Origin: a bacterium
Lineage (GTDB): Bacteria; Patescibacteriota; Patescibacteriia; JAGPKW01
Length of the DNA stretch: 64,000 bases
Reading direction: 5' to 3'
Assembly: GCA_021780535.1 (NCBI GenBank)
Contig: JAJXYN010000009.1
Location: 150,538 to 214,537 of the forward strand
The notes below the pieces were generated by a model. That model ran no database searches. It was not told where the DNA came from and saw nothing but the letters and a program-made list of their open reading frames with translations. The position numbers and the translations under genes were made by a program. The first letter of the stretch is position 1; each line of letters opens with the position of its first letter. Positions 34,844 through 45,028 of the stretch are shown in pieces.

Positions 34844-36070
34844 CTAATTTTTTACATGTACAGAAGATTGATATTGTTTACTGGTAATATTTCTTCTTTC
34901 TTCATTAATTGAGTTTTGCATTCCATCTCCAATCCCAATAAGCATTTTTTCTCCTGTTAGTTTTCCATTTATCTTTCTTTCCCATATTTTTTTTGGTTCA
35001 TTTCTATGCCACTCACGTCTTCTAAATTCTTCCAATATTCTTTTTCTTCTTTCTTCTTTTGTTTCTTTTGGCTTTTCTTTATCATCTTTTCCAACACTTA
35101 CTCTTTTACCATCTATCTTTGGTTGAATAGTAGTTTTGTGTGTTGGTTTATCTTTTTTTGCTATTACTGAATTTCTTTTTTTTCTCAATCTTTTAATTTT
35201 TGCCTTTGGAGTAATATTTGTTACTTCAGTTTCTAATTTGGCAATAACGACTTCCTCTGTTACTGGGATAGCTACTGGCTCTATCTGAATAATAGGGGCT
35301 TCTGTTACAACAGCGGGGGATGATGTTACTTGTTCTACTTTTTCTACTATTTGAATATTATTATCAATATCTGTTTTTGGCAAAACTAATTCAGTAGATA
35401 TTTCAGTTTTTGACTTTTCCTTATCATCTGCTTTTTCAACTTCTACCTTTGTTGTTTTTTTCTTTGACTTCACTTCTTTTATTTCTGATTTTTTTTGAGT
35501 ATCATCATATCCTGCAAGTTCAATATTAGTGGCTATACAATCACCATTTATATTTAAAACATCATGAGCAGAAAATGGGAAATTACTTCTTTCAAGACCT
35601 AAAACTGGGGGCATTATTTTCAGAAGATCAGTTATAGCCATTTTCACCTTACTATCTTTAAGTAAATTTATAAGATACTTTACTATAAAAATATTAAAAA
35701 ATTCTCTCATACTTTCCATGCCACACATTGATACATCTATACAATCATTAGAATTTATTGATTTTAATTCAACGAATATTGATTCGATTGGTTTTCTATC
35801 TTTAAAATATTGATAAAACATTAAAGTACCATGTGTTTCATCAGACTTTTGGATAAAACCATATTGTTTAACCAATACATTCCGACAAAAAGTAGCAATA
35901 TCGTCACGTTGCTCTCTATTAATATCAAAGCACAATCTTTTATTCCAAAAAACCTTTAAAATCATTTCATCTGCACGTTGCTTTTTTACCACTTGAAAAG
36001 ATTTAAAAGAAACAATGAATAAAAGCAAAGAAGTTATAAAAATAACACCATATAGAATAGTATTGCTCAT
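34844..36070 (-). CDS. Hypothetical membrane-anchored protein with Lys/Glu-rich C-terminal half
   Basis: N-terminal TM helix, a globular middle region, and a low-complexity basic/acidic tail. Confidence 0.45.
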   Translation of the reverse strand: MSNTILYGVIFITSLLLFIVSFKSFQVVKKQRADEMILKVFWNKRLCFDINREQRDDIATFCRNVLVKQYGFIQKSDETHGTLMFYQYFKDRKPIESIFVELKSINSNDCIDVSMCGMESMREFFNIFIVKYLINLLKDSKVKMAITDLLKIMPPVLGLERSNFPFSAHDVLNINGDCIATNIELAGYDDTQKKSEIKEVKSKKKTTKVEVEKADDKEKSKTEISTELVLPKTDIDNNIQIVEKVEQVTSSPAVVTEAPIIQIEPVAIPVTEEVVIAKLETEVTNITPKAKIKRLRKKRNSVIAKKDKPTHKTTIQPKIDGKRVSVGKDDKEKPKETKEERRKRILEEFRRREWHRNEPKKIWERKINGKLTGEKMLIGIGDGMQNSINEERRNITSKQYQSSVHVKN

Positions 36071-36151
36071 TTTATTCCTCCATCAAGATTTGTTACTTAT
36101 TCTTTAACATTTTTTTACAAAAATAACAAGATTATAAGAGTTATTTTAAAT

Positions 36152-36470
36152 TAAAAAATGAACGCATACCAAAAGGCATACGTTCTGTAGTGGATTAATC
36201 CCCACCATGGATTTGCGATTTTTATGGTGTCGCCTCACCATTTTTAGAGTGCTAACAAAATTGTCTAACACTCAAACCTCCTCAGGAACCCTAAGGGGGT
36301 GCATTTAGCTGGGCTCTGCTTCCCTGCTTTGGTATATGGCTCTCCGTATTTAGAAAACACAATGTTTTCAAAGTTTACGGGGACAACTTTAATACCTTTA
36401 TTAACGCTCCCGGGTTTTGGAGCAACCAGGTGGAGAATTCCTGGGTTATCTCCCAATATTTTCATAAACT
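36152..36470 (-). ncRNA. Candidate structured non-coding RNA of unknown class (about 300 nt) with its own terminator
   Basis: A 500-bp gene-free gap. GC is markedly higher than in flanking DNA. Short overlapping ORFs occur on both strands (36265..36465 minus, 36299..36493 plus), as expected for a folded RNA. On the minus strand the region ends in the hairpin gaacgtatgcc-tttt-ggtatgcgttc followed by attttttaattt (plus coordinates 36153-36185), just before the next minus-strand gene starts. Confidence 0.45.
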
Positions 36471-36569
36471 TTTGTTATTATACCATATTTTAGTATTTGG
36501 GTCAAAAAAGTTGTATAACTTAAAAAATGCTAACTTCCAATAAATTTTAATAAACAATCAATTAATGTT

Positions 36570-37271
36570 TTATTTTTTTATTAGCAATTGAAATATTTTG
36601 TCTTTTATTTTTATAAATTTATTATTATTTATATTATAAAAATTTGGGACAAAATTTCTTAAAATTCTTTTATATTTTTTTAAGCTACTTACTATTTTAT
36701 TTATATCTAATATATTTATTTTTTCTACTAATCTATTAAATATAAATATAGACCTTGCTACTGTTATAAAATCTAAAATGATTAAAAATAGAAAAAATAT
36801 GAAAAAATATTTATAATTTGTCGTTGATAAATATGAAGCAATTTTAGTGAATAATGGGTTTACTATAATTATTAATAAAAAAGATAAGAATCCCCAATAT
36901 ATTGAAAATTCTAAACAAATATGCCCTTGTATATTAAAATTTTTATCAGAATAATCCCATAATCTCATTTTAAATATTTTTTCTATTAATACACCTGTTA
37001 TTAATTCTATTATTGAAGATACTATTACTGACACTAGAAATACTAAGAAATAAAAAAGTATTCCATTTATATTTACTAGCTTATCTATAAATGAATTAAG
37101 TATAAGAATTATTGATAATGCTGAAAAACCATATATTGGACAATATGGCCCTTTCAAAAATCCTCTATTTATAATCTTTTTTGATGTTATTGAACAATAT
37201 GCAACCTCTATCATCCAACCAAGAAAAGAATAAATAAAAAATAAAATTAATATTTTAAGTAAATTATCCAT
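36570..37271 (-). CDS. Hypothetical polytopic membrane protein (233 aa)
   Basis: About 6 predicted TM helices. No motif recognised. Confidence 0.45.
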   Translation of the reverse strand: MDNLLKILILFFIYSFLGWMIEVAYCSITSKKIINRGFLKGPYCPIYGFSALSIILILNSFIDKLVNINGILFYFLVFLVSVIVSSIIELITGVLIEKIFKMRLWDYSDKNFNIQGHICLEFSIYWGFLSFLLIIIVNPLFTKIASYLSTTNYKYFFIFFLFLIILDFITVARSIFIFNRLVEKINILDINKIVSSLKKYKRILRNFVPNFYNINNNKFIKIKDKIFQLLIKK

Positions 37272-37367
37272 TTTTTGTATTATCCTAATATTATAACATA
37301 AATATTCAACTTGTTTTATAATTTATTATTTACTATATTATATTTGTTTTAAATTTTAAATTATAAA

Positions 37368-38033
37368 ATGTTTGATTTAGAAAATATAATATTAGTTGAT
37401 AAACCAAAAAATATTACATCTTTTCAAGTTATTAGAATAATGAGAAAAAAACTTGGAATAAAAAAAATTGGGCACGCTGGAACTCTTGACCCACTTGCTA
37501 CTGGTCTTATGATTCTTGGCATTGATAAAGGAACTAAGAAATTAGAACAATTTTTAAAATTAGATAAAACCTATGTGGCCTCTGTTTTGATTGGTAAAAA
37601 AACTTCTACTGGAGATTTATATCATAATACTGAAATTATAGAAGAAAAAAAATTGATAGAAAATGATATATTTTTTATTGAAAAAAATATAAATAATATT
37701 TTAAATAATTTGATTGGCAAGATTAATTTGAAAGTTCCAATATTTTCCGCTATTAAAATAAACGGCAAAAGACTTTATGACCATGCTTTTAAGGGTAATA
37801 AAATAGAAACGCCAACAAGAGAAATGAATATTTTCTATATAAAATTATTAGATCAATATTCTGAAAATAATAATTATATATTAAACTTAGAAATAAAAGT
37901 TTCTTCTGGTACATATATTAGATCTATTGCAGAAGAAATTGGGAACAGATTAAACCTTCCCGCTACTATTAAAGAATTGAGAAGGATTAGTATAGATGAA
38001 ATCAATGTTAATGATGCAATTAAGTTAATATAA
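37368..38033 (+). CDS. truB: tRNA pseudouridine(55) synthase
   Basis: VDKPKNITSFQVIRIMRKKLGIKKIGHAGTLDPLATGLMILGI matches the TruB catalytic-Asp motif (HxGTLDPxAxG). Confidence 0.88.
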   Translation: MFDLENIILVDKPKNITSFQVIRIMRKKLGIKKIGHAGTLDPLATGLMILGIDKGTKKLEQFLKLDKTYVASVLIGKKTSTGDLYHNTEIIEEKKLIENDIFFIEKNINNILNNLIGKINLKVPIFSAIKINGKRLYDHAFKGNKIETPTREMNIFYIKLLDQYSENNNYILNLEIKVSSGTYIRSIAEEIGNRLNLPATIKELRRISIDEINVNDAIKLI

Positions 38034-39311
38034 TTTTAATTTTGAATTTTTTGTGTTGTATTTTATTTCTTCTATTATTTTCCAAGACTCTTTAATAAAA
38101 CTGTAATCAACAAATATTTTTTTATTTCCAATTAGAGAATCATATATTATTTTTTTATAATCATCTATTAAAACTTTTTCTTTTAATTTTTTATAATCAA
38201 AATTTTTAAATTCTTTTTTTTCTGAATTTATTTTTATATCATTATTTAAAATATCTAAAATAATTTTAGATTTATCCTTTAAATTTATAACAACTTCTGT
38301 AACTTTATCTGGCATGTTTTTAGCATACCTTAAATCAACTTCAACTCCATTAAAATTTTTATTTTTTATATTTAATATCATATCAAAACCTGTTTCTATA
38401 TCTTCTCCGTCATCCCCACATTCTTCTTTATAATCTTTATATTGTTTTAATATTATTTTTTTTATTTCTAAATTTTTTAAAACTAAATCTTTTTCTTTAT
38501 TAATATTTTTTTTGTTTATATCTAAAAATAATAAAGATATTAATTGTAAAATATGATTTTGGAAAAAATCTTTTATAGCACCTGTTCTGTTATAAAAATC
38601 ACAACGCCCCTCTACACTTACTTTTTCAAATATATTTATATTTATTTTTTCTATATTTTTATTATCAAAAATATTTTTTATATAATTTATTTTTCTGAAT
38701 TTTAAAATATTTATTAAAACTTCTTTTGCTAAATAATGATCAATTATATGAATTTGTTTTTCTTCAAAATATTTTTTTAAAAACATATCCAACTCTACAC
38801 TAGATTTTAAATCTTCACCAAATGGTTTTTCTATTAATACTTTTGATTTTTTATTTATTAATTTTTCTTTATGTATTGTTAAAACTGTTTTCTTAAAAGC
38901 GTTTGCTGGAAGTGATAAATAAAATAATCTTGAATTTAAATTAAATTTTTTTTCATTTAAAGTTATAACTGGACGTACATTGTTACAATCTTCGCAATCA
39001 AAATCTGCTTTTATATAAAATATATTTTTATAAAACTCTTTTATATTTTTTGAATTTTTATTTATTGATTCTAAAAATATTGGTTCAATTAATTTTATAT
39101 AATCTTCTATATTTATATTTTGTCTTCCTATGCAAAATATTTTTGAATTTTCTATTATTTTATTTTCAAACAAATAAAATAATGATGGCAAAATTTTTCT
39201 TTTTACTAAATCACCAGTTGAACCAAATATTATGATTGATTTATTTTTTATTATTTTCATTGTTTTATTTTTATATTCTGAATTTTTATTTATTATACTA
39301 CTATATGTCAT
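38025..39311 (-). CDS. zwf: Glucose-6-phosphate 1-dehydrogenase (short form)
   Basis: N-terminal IIIFGSTGDLVKRKILPSLFYL (NADP-binding GxxGDLA motif) and IDHYLAKE (G6PD signature DHYLGKE). Confidence 0.65.
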   Translation of the reverse strand: MTYSSIINKNSEYKNKTMKIIKNKSIIIFGSTGDLVKRKILPSLFYLFENKIIENSKIFCIGRQNINIEDYIKLIEPIFLESINKNSKNIKEFYKNIFYIKADFDCEDCNNVRPVITLNEKKFNLNSRLFYLSLPANAFKKTVLTIHKEKLINKKSKVLIEKPFGEDLKSSVELDMFLKKYFEEKQIHIIDHYLAKEVLINILKFRKINYIKNIFDNKNIEKININIFEKVSVEGRCDFYNRTGAIKDFFQNHILQLISLLFLDINKKNINKEKDLVLKNLEIKKIILKQYKDYKEECGDDGEDIETGFDMILNIKNKNFNGVEVDLRYAKNMPDKVTEVVINLKDKSKIILDILNNDIKINSEKKEFKNFDYKKLKEKVLIDDYKKIIYDSLIGNKKIFVDYSFIKESWKIIEEIKYNTKNSKLKLY

Positions 39312-39500
39312 AAACGATAATACGAAAAAATAAACAATTATATATAAAATAATTATTTAATATTTTATAATGAAATTATGCAAAATAATATATTTAATAT
39401 AAGCCATTTTTATTTGTTTGTATTTTTAGGCATAAACTATTGATTTTTTATATTTTTAGTATTATAATATCTACTATTAAATTTGAATAATTTAATACAA

Positions 39501-39576
39501 TCCGGGATAGCTCAGTTGGTAGAGCAGTTGACTGTTAATCAATTGGTCGTGGGTTCGAGTCCCGCTCCCGGAGCCA
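39501..39576 (+). tRNA. tRNA-Asn (GTT), CCA encoded
   Basis: Acceptor TCCGGGA/TCCCGGA. D-arm GCTCAGTTGGTAGAGC. Anticodon loop CTGTTAA gives anticodon GTT. T-arm GTGGGTTCGAGTCCCGC. Discriminator G followed by CCA. Confidence 0.88.
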
Positions 39577-39614
39577 ACTAGTGCACCCTATGCGAGTGGG
39601 TTGATTTCTCGCTA

Positions 39615-39785
39615 AAAACTAAAAAAGTGATGATTTTGTATAATATCATCACTTTTTTGTTTATATGCGTATTTGCTTGTTTTTATTGGTACTAGACTCC
39701 GTTCTGTTGTTAGTAACTTATTTCTATTATTTTTTAATGTAAGCTATTATATATAAACCAATGCGACAAAGGTTTCTCTTGATAG
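39615..39785. repeat. Direct repeat A1 (about 170 bp), paired with A2 at 59875..60043
   Basis: About 85% identical to 59875-60043 by eye. It begins with the hairpin aaaaagtgatgattttgtataatatcatcactttttt and continues gtttatatgcgtatttgcttgtttttattggtact...gtaagctattat...ccaatgcgacaaaggt. Confidence 0.8.
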
Positions 39786-39946
39786 ATATACACAGTTATT
39801 TTTTTATTTTATATTAAACAATAACTTAAAAAATTAATTAAAAATTAGTAACTTTATTAATAAATTATTAATTATGAAAAAAGTTGAATGTATAGTAAAA
39901 TATACTTATTACATTGGAGTCTTGAGCAATAATACACTAAAGCTAT

Positions 39947-40813
39947 ATGGAAAAAGAAACAAAATTAGAAAAAATATTACCATTTAGATGGGCTGGCGGT
40001 AAATATTATGCTTTAAATAAGCTAAAACAATTCTGGGAAAATTTTGAACATGATGAATATCGTGAACCGTTTTTTGGTGGTGGTGCTGTATTTTGGGCAA
40101 AACCAAAAGTTAAATTTAATTGGATAAATGATATAGATAATGGTTTAATAGATACCTTGGAATTTATACAAGATGATGAAAAAAGAATTGAACTTATAAA
40201 ACTATTTGAAAATGAACAAGAAGCCACAAAAGAGAAATATTTAAAAATAAAAGCACTTAATCCAAAAACAAAACTGGAATCGGTTTATAAATATTATTAC
40301 TTAAATAGAACTTCTTTTAGTGGTAAAATGAAAAATCCTTCATGGGGTTATAGGCCGAAAAGAAGTTTGCCTCCTATTAGATGGAAAGAAAGAATAATAC
40401 CTTGTGGTGAAAAATTAAAAGATGTAAAAATAACAAATTTAGATTTTGAAAAAGTAATATTATCTAAGGCTATTGGTAAAAAGGTTCTTATGTTTTTAGA
40501 TCCGCCATATTATAATGCTAAACAAGAAAGCCATTATACATTTTCCTTTAAAAAAGAAGATCATGAAAGATTAGCATTGGCTTGCAAAAAAACAAAACAT
40601 AGTTTTTTCTTAACATACGATGATTGTGAAGAAATTAGGAAGTTGTATTCTTGGGCAAATATATTAAGTTTAGAATTTTATTATAGACTTGATAACTCTA
40701 AAGATAATAATAACAAAAGAAAAGTTGGTTCAGAAATTATTATTACAAATTATAAATTAGAAAATATAGATAAAGAAATTCTTAAACATGCAACAATTAA
40801 AATTGATAAATGA
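39947..40813 (+). CDS. Dam-family (D12 class) N6-adenine DNA methyltransferase, copy 1
   Basis: FRWAGGKYYALNKL (Dam motif X/I), EPFFGGGAVFW (FxGxG), FLDPPYYNA (motif IV DPPY) and a C-terminal EIIITNYK typical of DpnM/Dam-like enzymes. Confidence 0.8.
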   Translation: MEKETKLEKILPFRWAGGKYYALNKLKQFWENFEHDEYREPFFGGGAVFWAKPKVKFNWINDIDNGLIDTLEFIQDDEKRIELIKLFENEQEATKEKYLKIKALNPKTKLESVYKYYYLNRTSFSGKMKNPSWGYRPKRSLPPIRWKERIIPCGEKLKDVKITNLDFEKVILSKAIGKKVLMFLDPPYYNAKQESHYTFSFKKEDHERLALACKKTKHSFFLTYDDCEEIRKLYSWANILSLEFYYRLDNSKDNNNKRKVGSEIIITNYKLENIDKEILKHATIKIDK

Positions 40814-41678
40814 TATAGTAGATAAATCTTATGCAAGTATCCAAAAATTGGATATTTCTAAAATAAAAAAATGTAAGACAGATAAAACTCGTCCATTTTT
40901 AAGATATCCTGGAAGTAAATATAATGCTTCTAAATATATAATGCCATTTTGGGATAGTATAGAATTTAACGAATATCGTGAACCTTTTTTAGGAAGCGGG
41001 GCGATTTTTTTTAAAATGCCTAAAGTTGAATATTCTTGGTTAAATGATATAGATGATGATTTGATAAATTGTTTTTCTATAATTGCAAATGAAAAAACTA
41101 GACTAGATCTAATAAAAAAAATTGAAAATTTAAAACCATCAAAAGAGTTATTTGATGATATAAAAAATACAAAACCAATAAACTCTATTGATAAAGCTTA
41201 TAGATATTTTTTAATAAACAGAATGGCTTATGGTGGAATTATGAATAAGCCAAATTGGGGGTTTCATCCAACTAAAAGCGTACAACCTGACAAATGGGGA
41301 GATAGAATAATGCAGGCTGGAATAAAACTTGAAGATAATGTAAAAATAACTAAAAAATCATATTTAGATGTGATAAATGCTGAATCAAATAATAAAGTTT
41401 GGCTATTTGTAGATCCACCATATTTTAAAGCTGATCAAAAAAGAGCTTATGCTCATTCTTTTAATTATAAAGACCACATAGAGCTACTAAATTCACTAAA
41501 AAAGACAAAACATTATTTTTGTTTGACTTATGATAATTGTGAAGAAATAAAAGAGCTTTATTCTTGGGCAAATATTTATGAAATAGAATGGATGTATCAT
41601 ACAGCTAATTCAAAAGTTGCTTCTAGAAAAATGGGTAAAGAATTAATTATATCTAATTATAAAATTCATCAGGTATAA
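40788..41678 (+). CDS. Dam-family N6-adenine DNA methyltransferase, copy 2
   Basis: RYPGSKYNASKYI, EPFLGSGAIFF, FVDPPYFKA and ELIISNYK. It is a paralogue of the upstream gene, which it overlaps by 26 nt. Confidence 0.8.
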   Translation: MQQLKLINDIVDKSYASIQKLDISKIKKCKTDKTRPFLRYPGSKYNASKYIMPFWDSIEFNEYREPFLGSGAIFFKMPKVEYSWLNDIDDDLINCFSIIANEKTRLDLIKKIENLKPSKELFDDIKNTKPINSIDKAYRYFLINRMAYGGIMNKPNWGFHPTKSVQPDKWGDRIMQAGIKLEDNVKITKKSYLDVINAESNNKVWLFVDPPYFKADQKRAYAHSFNYKDHIELLNSLKKTKHYFCLTYDNCEEIKELYSWANIYEIEWMYHTANSKVASRKMGKELIISNYKIHQV

Positions 41679-42903
41679 AATCTAACTTGTATGGGCCAGC
41701 CTCTCTAAACACAGAGTCTTCTGCAATAATATTAAATCCATTAGATTTCCCATAAGAGTCTATATCTGGAATAAACTCTATTTCTTTTTTATTATTTAAA
41801 TTTAATTTTAATTTTATATTTGGGTATAAAACATCTGAATACTCTTTTTTATTCCAATCTAATTCTTTAAAAAAATCACCTTTATTTATTTTATAATGCA
41901 TTGGTAAATCTTTTACTGGTAATAGTATAAAATGCAATTTATTGTCTAGTATAACTCTAGGTAATTGATGATTTGATATTATTACAGAAACATAATCAAG
42001 TTCATTTCTTTTGTAACCACGATTAGGAAATCTTCCATGTGTACCCATTATCTCAACACCAATTTTATTATTATCAATATCACACATATTTTTTGATGTG
42101 CCTTTTGTTTGTATTTTTATTTTATAACCATTTTTATTTTCTATTGCTACATCATATTTTGGATAAGGCCCCTCTGGTTGTATTACTTTTAAATCCTGTT
42201 TTCTCAAATATTCTTCAAACCAAAATTCTTTTAGATTTCCTTTTAAACCCATTACAGCTGCTCTAAAATATTCTGGTTTACACAACATTTCTATTATTTC
42301 ATAATCCTCCAAATATGTTTCTTTGCTTAAAAATGGCAACAAGCTATTTTTTGGAGCTATTCTATCATCTATTATTTTACCATCTATACTGTCTAGTCCT
42401 ATGACTCCCCAATTATTCAACCTCTTATTTTCCCATTCTATTTTAGCCGGATCCGCAAGATATCCATCCCACGAATTATGTTTTGGTATTTCATTATGAG
42501 GTATTATAAAAATTCCAGATTCTGGATGTTGCAAAACCAAAAAATCAAATGTTTTTTCAGATGAGTTATATAGGTTGTGTGGACGCTTTTCTAATCCATG
42601 AGTCTTATGCAAGGCTACTCCTACAAATTTATCTTTAGTTGTTGAGTTTTTAACAGGAGTTTTTAGTTGTAATTTTAAATTATTTACATATACATCTACA
42701 TCACTATCTCCCTCACCATCTTGTATGTTAATGTTATTAATATTTTTTCTTAATATTTTTTTAAAATATTCTTCAAAAGCTATGCCCTTTATTGGCCTTA
42801 GTATGTTTGCATCTTTTTGAACTATATTATCTATCATACTCCAATCTATATCATTAAGCTCTATTATTTTTTCAAATCTTAATTTTAGTTCTTCAGTTAT
42901 CAT
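41653..42903 (-). CDS. Candidate Type II restriction endonuclease partnering the two Dam-like methyltransferases
   Basis: 416-aa ORF convergent with, and overlapping, the second methyltransferase. Two PD-(D/E)xK-like segments with Q-x-K variants (DSDVDVYVNNLKLQLK and YDVAIENKNGYKIKIQTK). The call rests mainly on gene context. Confidence 0.5.
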   Translation of the reverse strand: MITEELKLRFEKIIELNDIDWSMIDNIVQKDANILRPIKGIAFEEYFKKILRKNINNINIQDGEGDSDVDVYVNNLKLQLKTPVKNSTTKDKFVGVALHKTHGLEKRPHNLYNSSEKTFDFLVLQHPESGIFIIPHNEIPKHNSWDGYLADPAKIEWENKRLNNWGVIGLDSIDGKIIDDRIAPKNSLLPFLSKETYLEDYEIIEMLCKPEYFRAAVMGLKGNLKEFWFEEYLRKQDLKVIQPEGPYPKYDVAIENKNGYKIKIQTKGTSKNMCDIDNNKIGVEIMGTHGRFPNRGYKRNELDYVSVIISNHQLPRVILDNKLHFILLPVKDLPMHYKINKGDFFKELDWNKKEYSDVLYPNIKLKLNLNNKKEIEFIPDIDSYGKSNGFNIIAEDSVFREAGPYKLDFIPDEFYN

Positions 42904-42980
42904 AATTAGTTAAAATTATAAATTATTCTATATTTATAATATTTATGTTAGCATAAAGATAATAATATACAATAAAAATT

Positions 42981-43613
42981 ATGAAAAATGGAACAATAAT
43001 GATAGGTGGATCAGACTCTAACGATAATTTTAGAAAAGTATTTGATTTAAAAATCACAAATGGTTTTCCTATAATATCAACTACTGATAAAGATTTATCA
43101 ATAGAATGTAATAATAAAATAATAAATCATACCAATATAAATCACATATCTATCCCGGCAGATTTAAATATTCATCTTACTGGAAAACAAAATGAACATT
43201 ATTTTTTTATCGAAAGAATTACAAATAACGGATTATTAAATAGTGATTCATATAATATTTTTAGTTTATTTAGTATGCCAATAGAAAATTATGATTTTCC
43301 AGTTGGGACATGGAATCAGGCTGAAATATTTGGAATTAAAAAAGACGGCCTATTTAATAATAAAACCGGTATGTTTGTTGAGTTTTTTGTTTTTAAAAAT
43401 AGTTTTGATTTAAATACCTTGAATGCTTTATATCCATTTAAAGATAGCTCCATGAGAGAGCCTTATATTCTTGGGCCATATAATTTTAGTGAAATTATAA
43501 GAAAGGATAGAAAAAATATAAAACCAGATTTTAAATTTGTAACAAGAGTTGGTTTTTACGAAAACACAGACAATGAATCAAAAATTATAATTCCTTTTGA
43601 TATAAGAGGTTAA
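42981..43613 (+). CDS. Hypothetical protein (210 aa)
   Basis: Open frame between the R-M module and the recombinase. Confidence 0.4.
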   Translation: MKNGTIMIGGSDSNDNFRKVFDLKITNGFPIISTTDKDLSIECNNKIINHTNINHISIPADLNIHLTGKQNEHYFFIERITNNGLLNSDSYNIFSLFSMPIENYDFPVGTWNQAEIFGIKKDGLFNNKTGMFVEFFVFKNSFDLNTLNALYPFKDSSMREPYILGPYNFSEIIRKDRKNIKPDFKFVTRVGFYENTDNESKIIIPFDIRG

Positions 43614-44902
43614 ACTTCAATAATAATTTCCTTATTTTTTATTACAAATTTACTCTTAATGCATTCAGTCAATTGTTTCTTCTGTTCTAAGTTTCCATCT
43701 CTTAGAATAAACTTAGCATAAGTTCTCATATCAATAATATCATTATGACTATCTTCTTTAGATATCCCGAGCACGTTTCTTCTAAAGCTATTATATCTCT
43801 GTATTTCTTCTTCAATAGTTTTATTAATACCTAACTCATCAACTTTCAATTTATCTATTATCTCTATAAGTTGTTTAGTTACTTCTTCTTCTCTAATATA
43901 AGTATTCTTACAATCTCTATCTCTACCGTGGGAACATCCATAATATATGTAATGCAATATTTTTCCATTTTTAAGTTTCTTTCTTTTATGTTCTCCAACC
44001 ATACCTGAGCCACATAATCCACATTTAAATAATCCTGAAAAAGTAAATTCATAAGAATTTCCATTTGAGAAACATGTATCTTTTCCAATCTTTTCTTGTA
44101 CTAAGTCATATATTTCTTTTGTAGTTAAAGTTTCGTGTTTTCCTTGATACCAATTGCCACTATCTTTAGGATATTCAAACATTCCATAATAGAATGTATT
44201 TTTTATTATTCTAAAGATATTTCCTAAACTCATCATTTTTCCATTTACTGATTTGTAGTTAATACTTTTTAACCAATCTAATATCTTTCTACCAGAACAA
44301 TTATCATAAGCTATTTTTCTAAACATTTCTGTTATTATCGGTCCTCTATATGGGTCTACATTTACATATCCTTTTTTATCTACATTCTTTTCATTTAGAT
44401 ATCCAACCGGTGCTTGTCCTATCCATAGACCCATACCAACTTTTGCTTTTAAACCTCTTTTTACATTTATACTTTTATTATCATTTTCTAGTTTAGCTTG
44501 ACCACCAAGTATCATTAACATAAATTTATCATTTGGAGTATTTTTAAATACTTGATTATATGTTCTTATTTCTTTAAGTCTATGGTTATCTATTAAGTCT
44601 ACAATCATTCCTAAGTCTCCAGCATTTCTTGAAATTCTATCAGAATTCCATGTAAGTAGAGCATCAAACATTCCATTATTTATATCTCTTATTAGAGAAT
44701 TAAAAACCTCTCTTTTTCCTGATTCTTTTGCTGAATGACTTTCTCTTCTAACCTCTACTATATTAAGTCCTTCTTTTTCTGCTATCTGTGTCATTTCTTT
44801 AATCTGAGAGTCTATTGAAAGAGCTTGTCTTTCATCTTCTTCTGTTGATTTTCTTGCATAAAGACAGTATTTTAATGGTTTTTGTTCTAATATTTGTTCC
44901 AT
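43610..44902 (-). CDS. Large serine recombinase (resolvase/invertase-type catalytic domain + recombinase domain + zinc ribbon)
   Basis: N-terminal YARKSTEEDERQALSIDSQ (catalytic Ser region), ...DALLTWNSDRISR, and a C-terminal CGLCGSGM...YYGCSHGRDRDC zinc ribbon. Confidence 0.85.
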   Translation of the reverse strand: MEQILEQKPLKYCLYARKSTEEDERQALSIDSQIKEMTQIAEKEGLNIVEVRRESHSAKESGKREVFNSLIRDINNGMFDALLTWNSDRISRNAGDLGMIVDLIDNHRLKEIRTYNQVFKNTPNDKFMLMILGGQAKLENDNKSINVKRGLKAKVGMGLWIGQAPVGYLNEKNVDKKGYVNVDPYRGPIITEMFRKIAYDNCSGRKILDWLKSINYKSVNGKMMSLGNIFRIIKNTFYYGMFEYPKDSGNWYQGKHETLTTKEIYDLVQEKIGKDTCFSNGNSYEFTFSGLFKCGLCGSGMVGEHKRKKLKNGKILHYIYYGCSHGRDRDCKNTYIREEEVTKQLIEIIDKLKVDELGINKTIEEEIQRYNSFRRNVLGISKEDSHNDIIDMRTYAKFILRDGNLEQKKQLTECIKSKFVIKNKEIIIEV

Positions 44903-44904
44903 AT

Positions 44905-44937
44905 ATTAATGTGTTATTTATTATCTAACACATTAAT
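44905..44937. promoter_or_regulatory. 12-bp perfect inverted repeat abutting the recombinase start codon
   Basis: attaatgtgtta-N9-taacacattaat, 3 nt upstream of the serine recombinase ATG. Could be an operator or recombination site. Confidence 0.35.
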
Positions 44938-45028
44938 GACGCAACCCATCTAGTGCGTCTAGAGTGCATAGTTGATAAGTAATAAGCAAAGATATATTAT
45001 TTAAATATAAACTATGAATTAAATAATT

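Noticed and set aside
36152-36470. Assigning the structured RNA specifically to tmRNA, RNase P RNA or SRP RNA
   Set aside because: I could not find the diagnostic motifs on either strand: no tRNA-like acceptor/T-arm with a tag reading frame ending in ...AA-stop, no GGAAAGUCCGG / ACAGAACCCGGCUUA P4 pair, and no clean GGAA-tetraloop AGCAGCC helix-8 motif. The class is left open.
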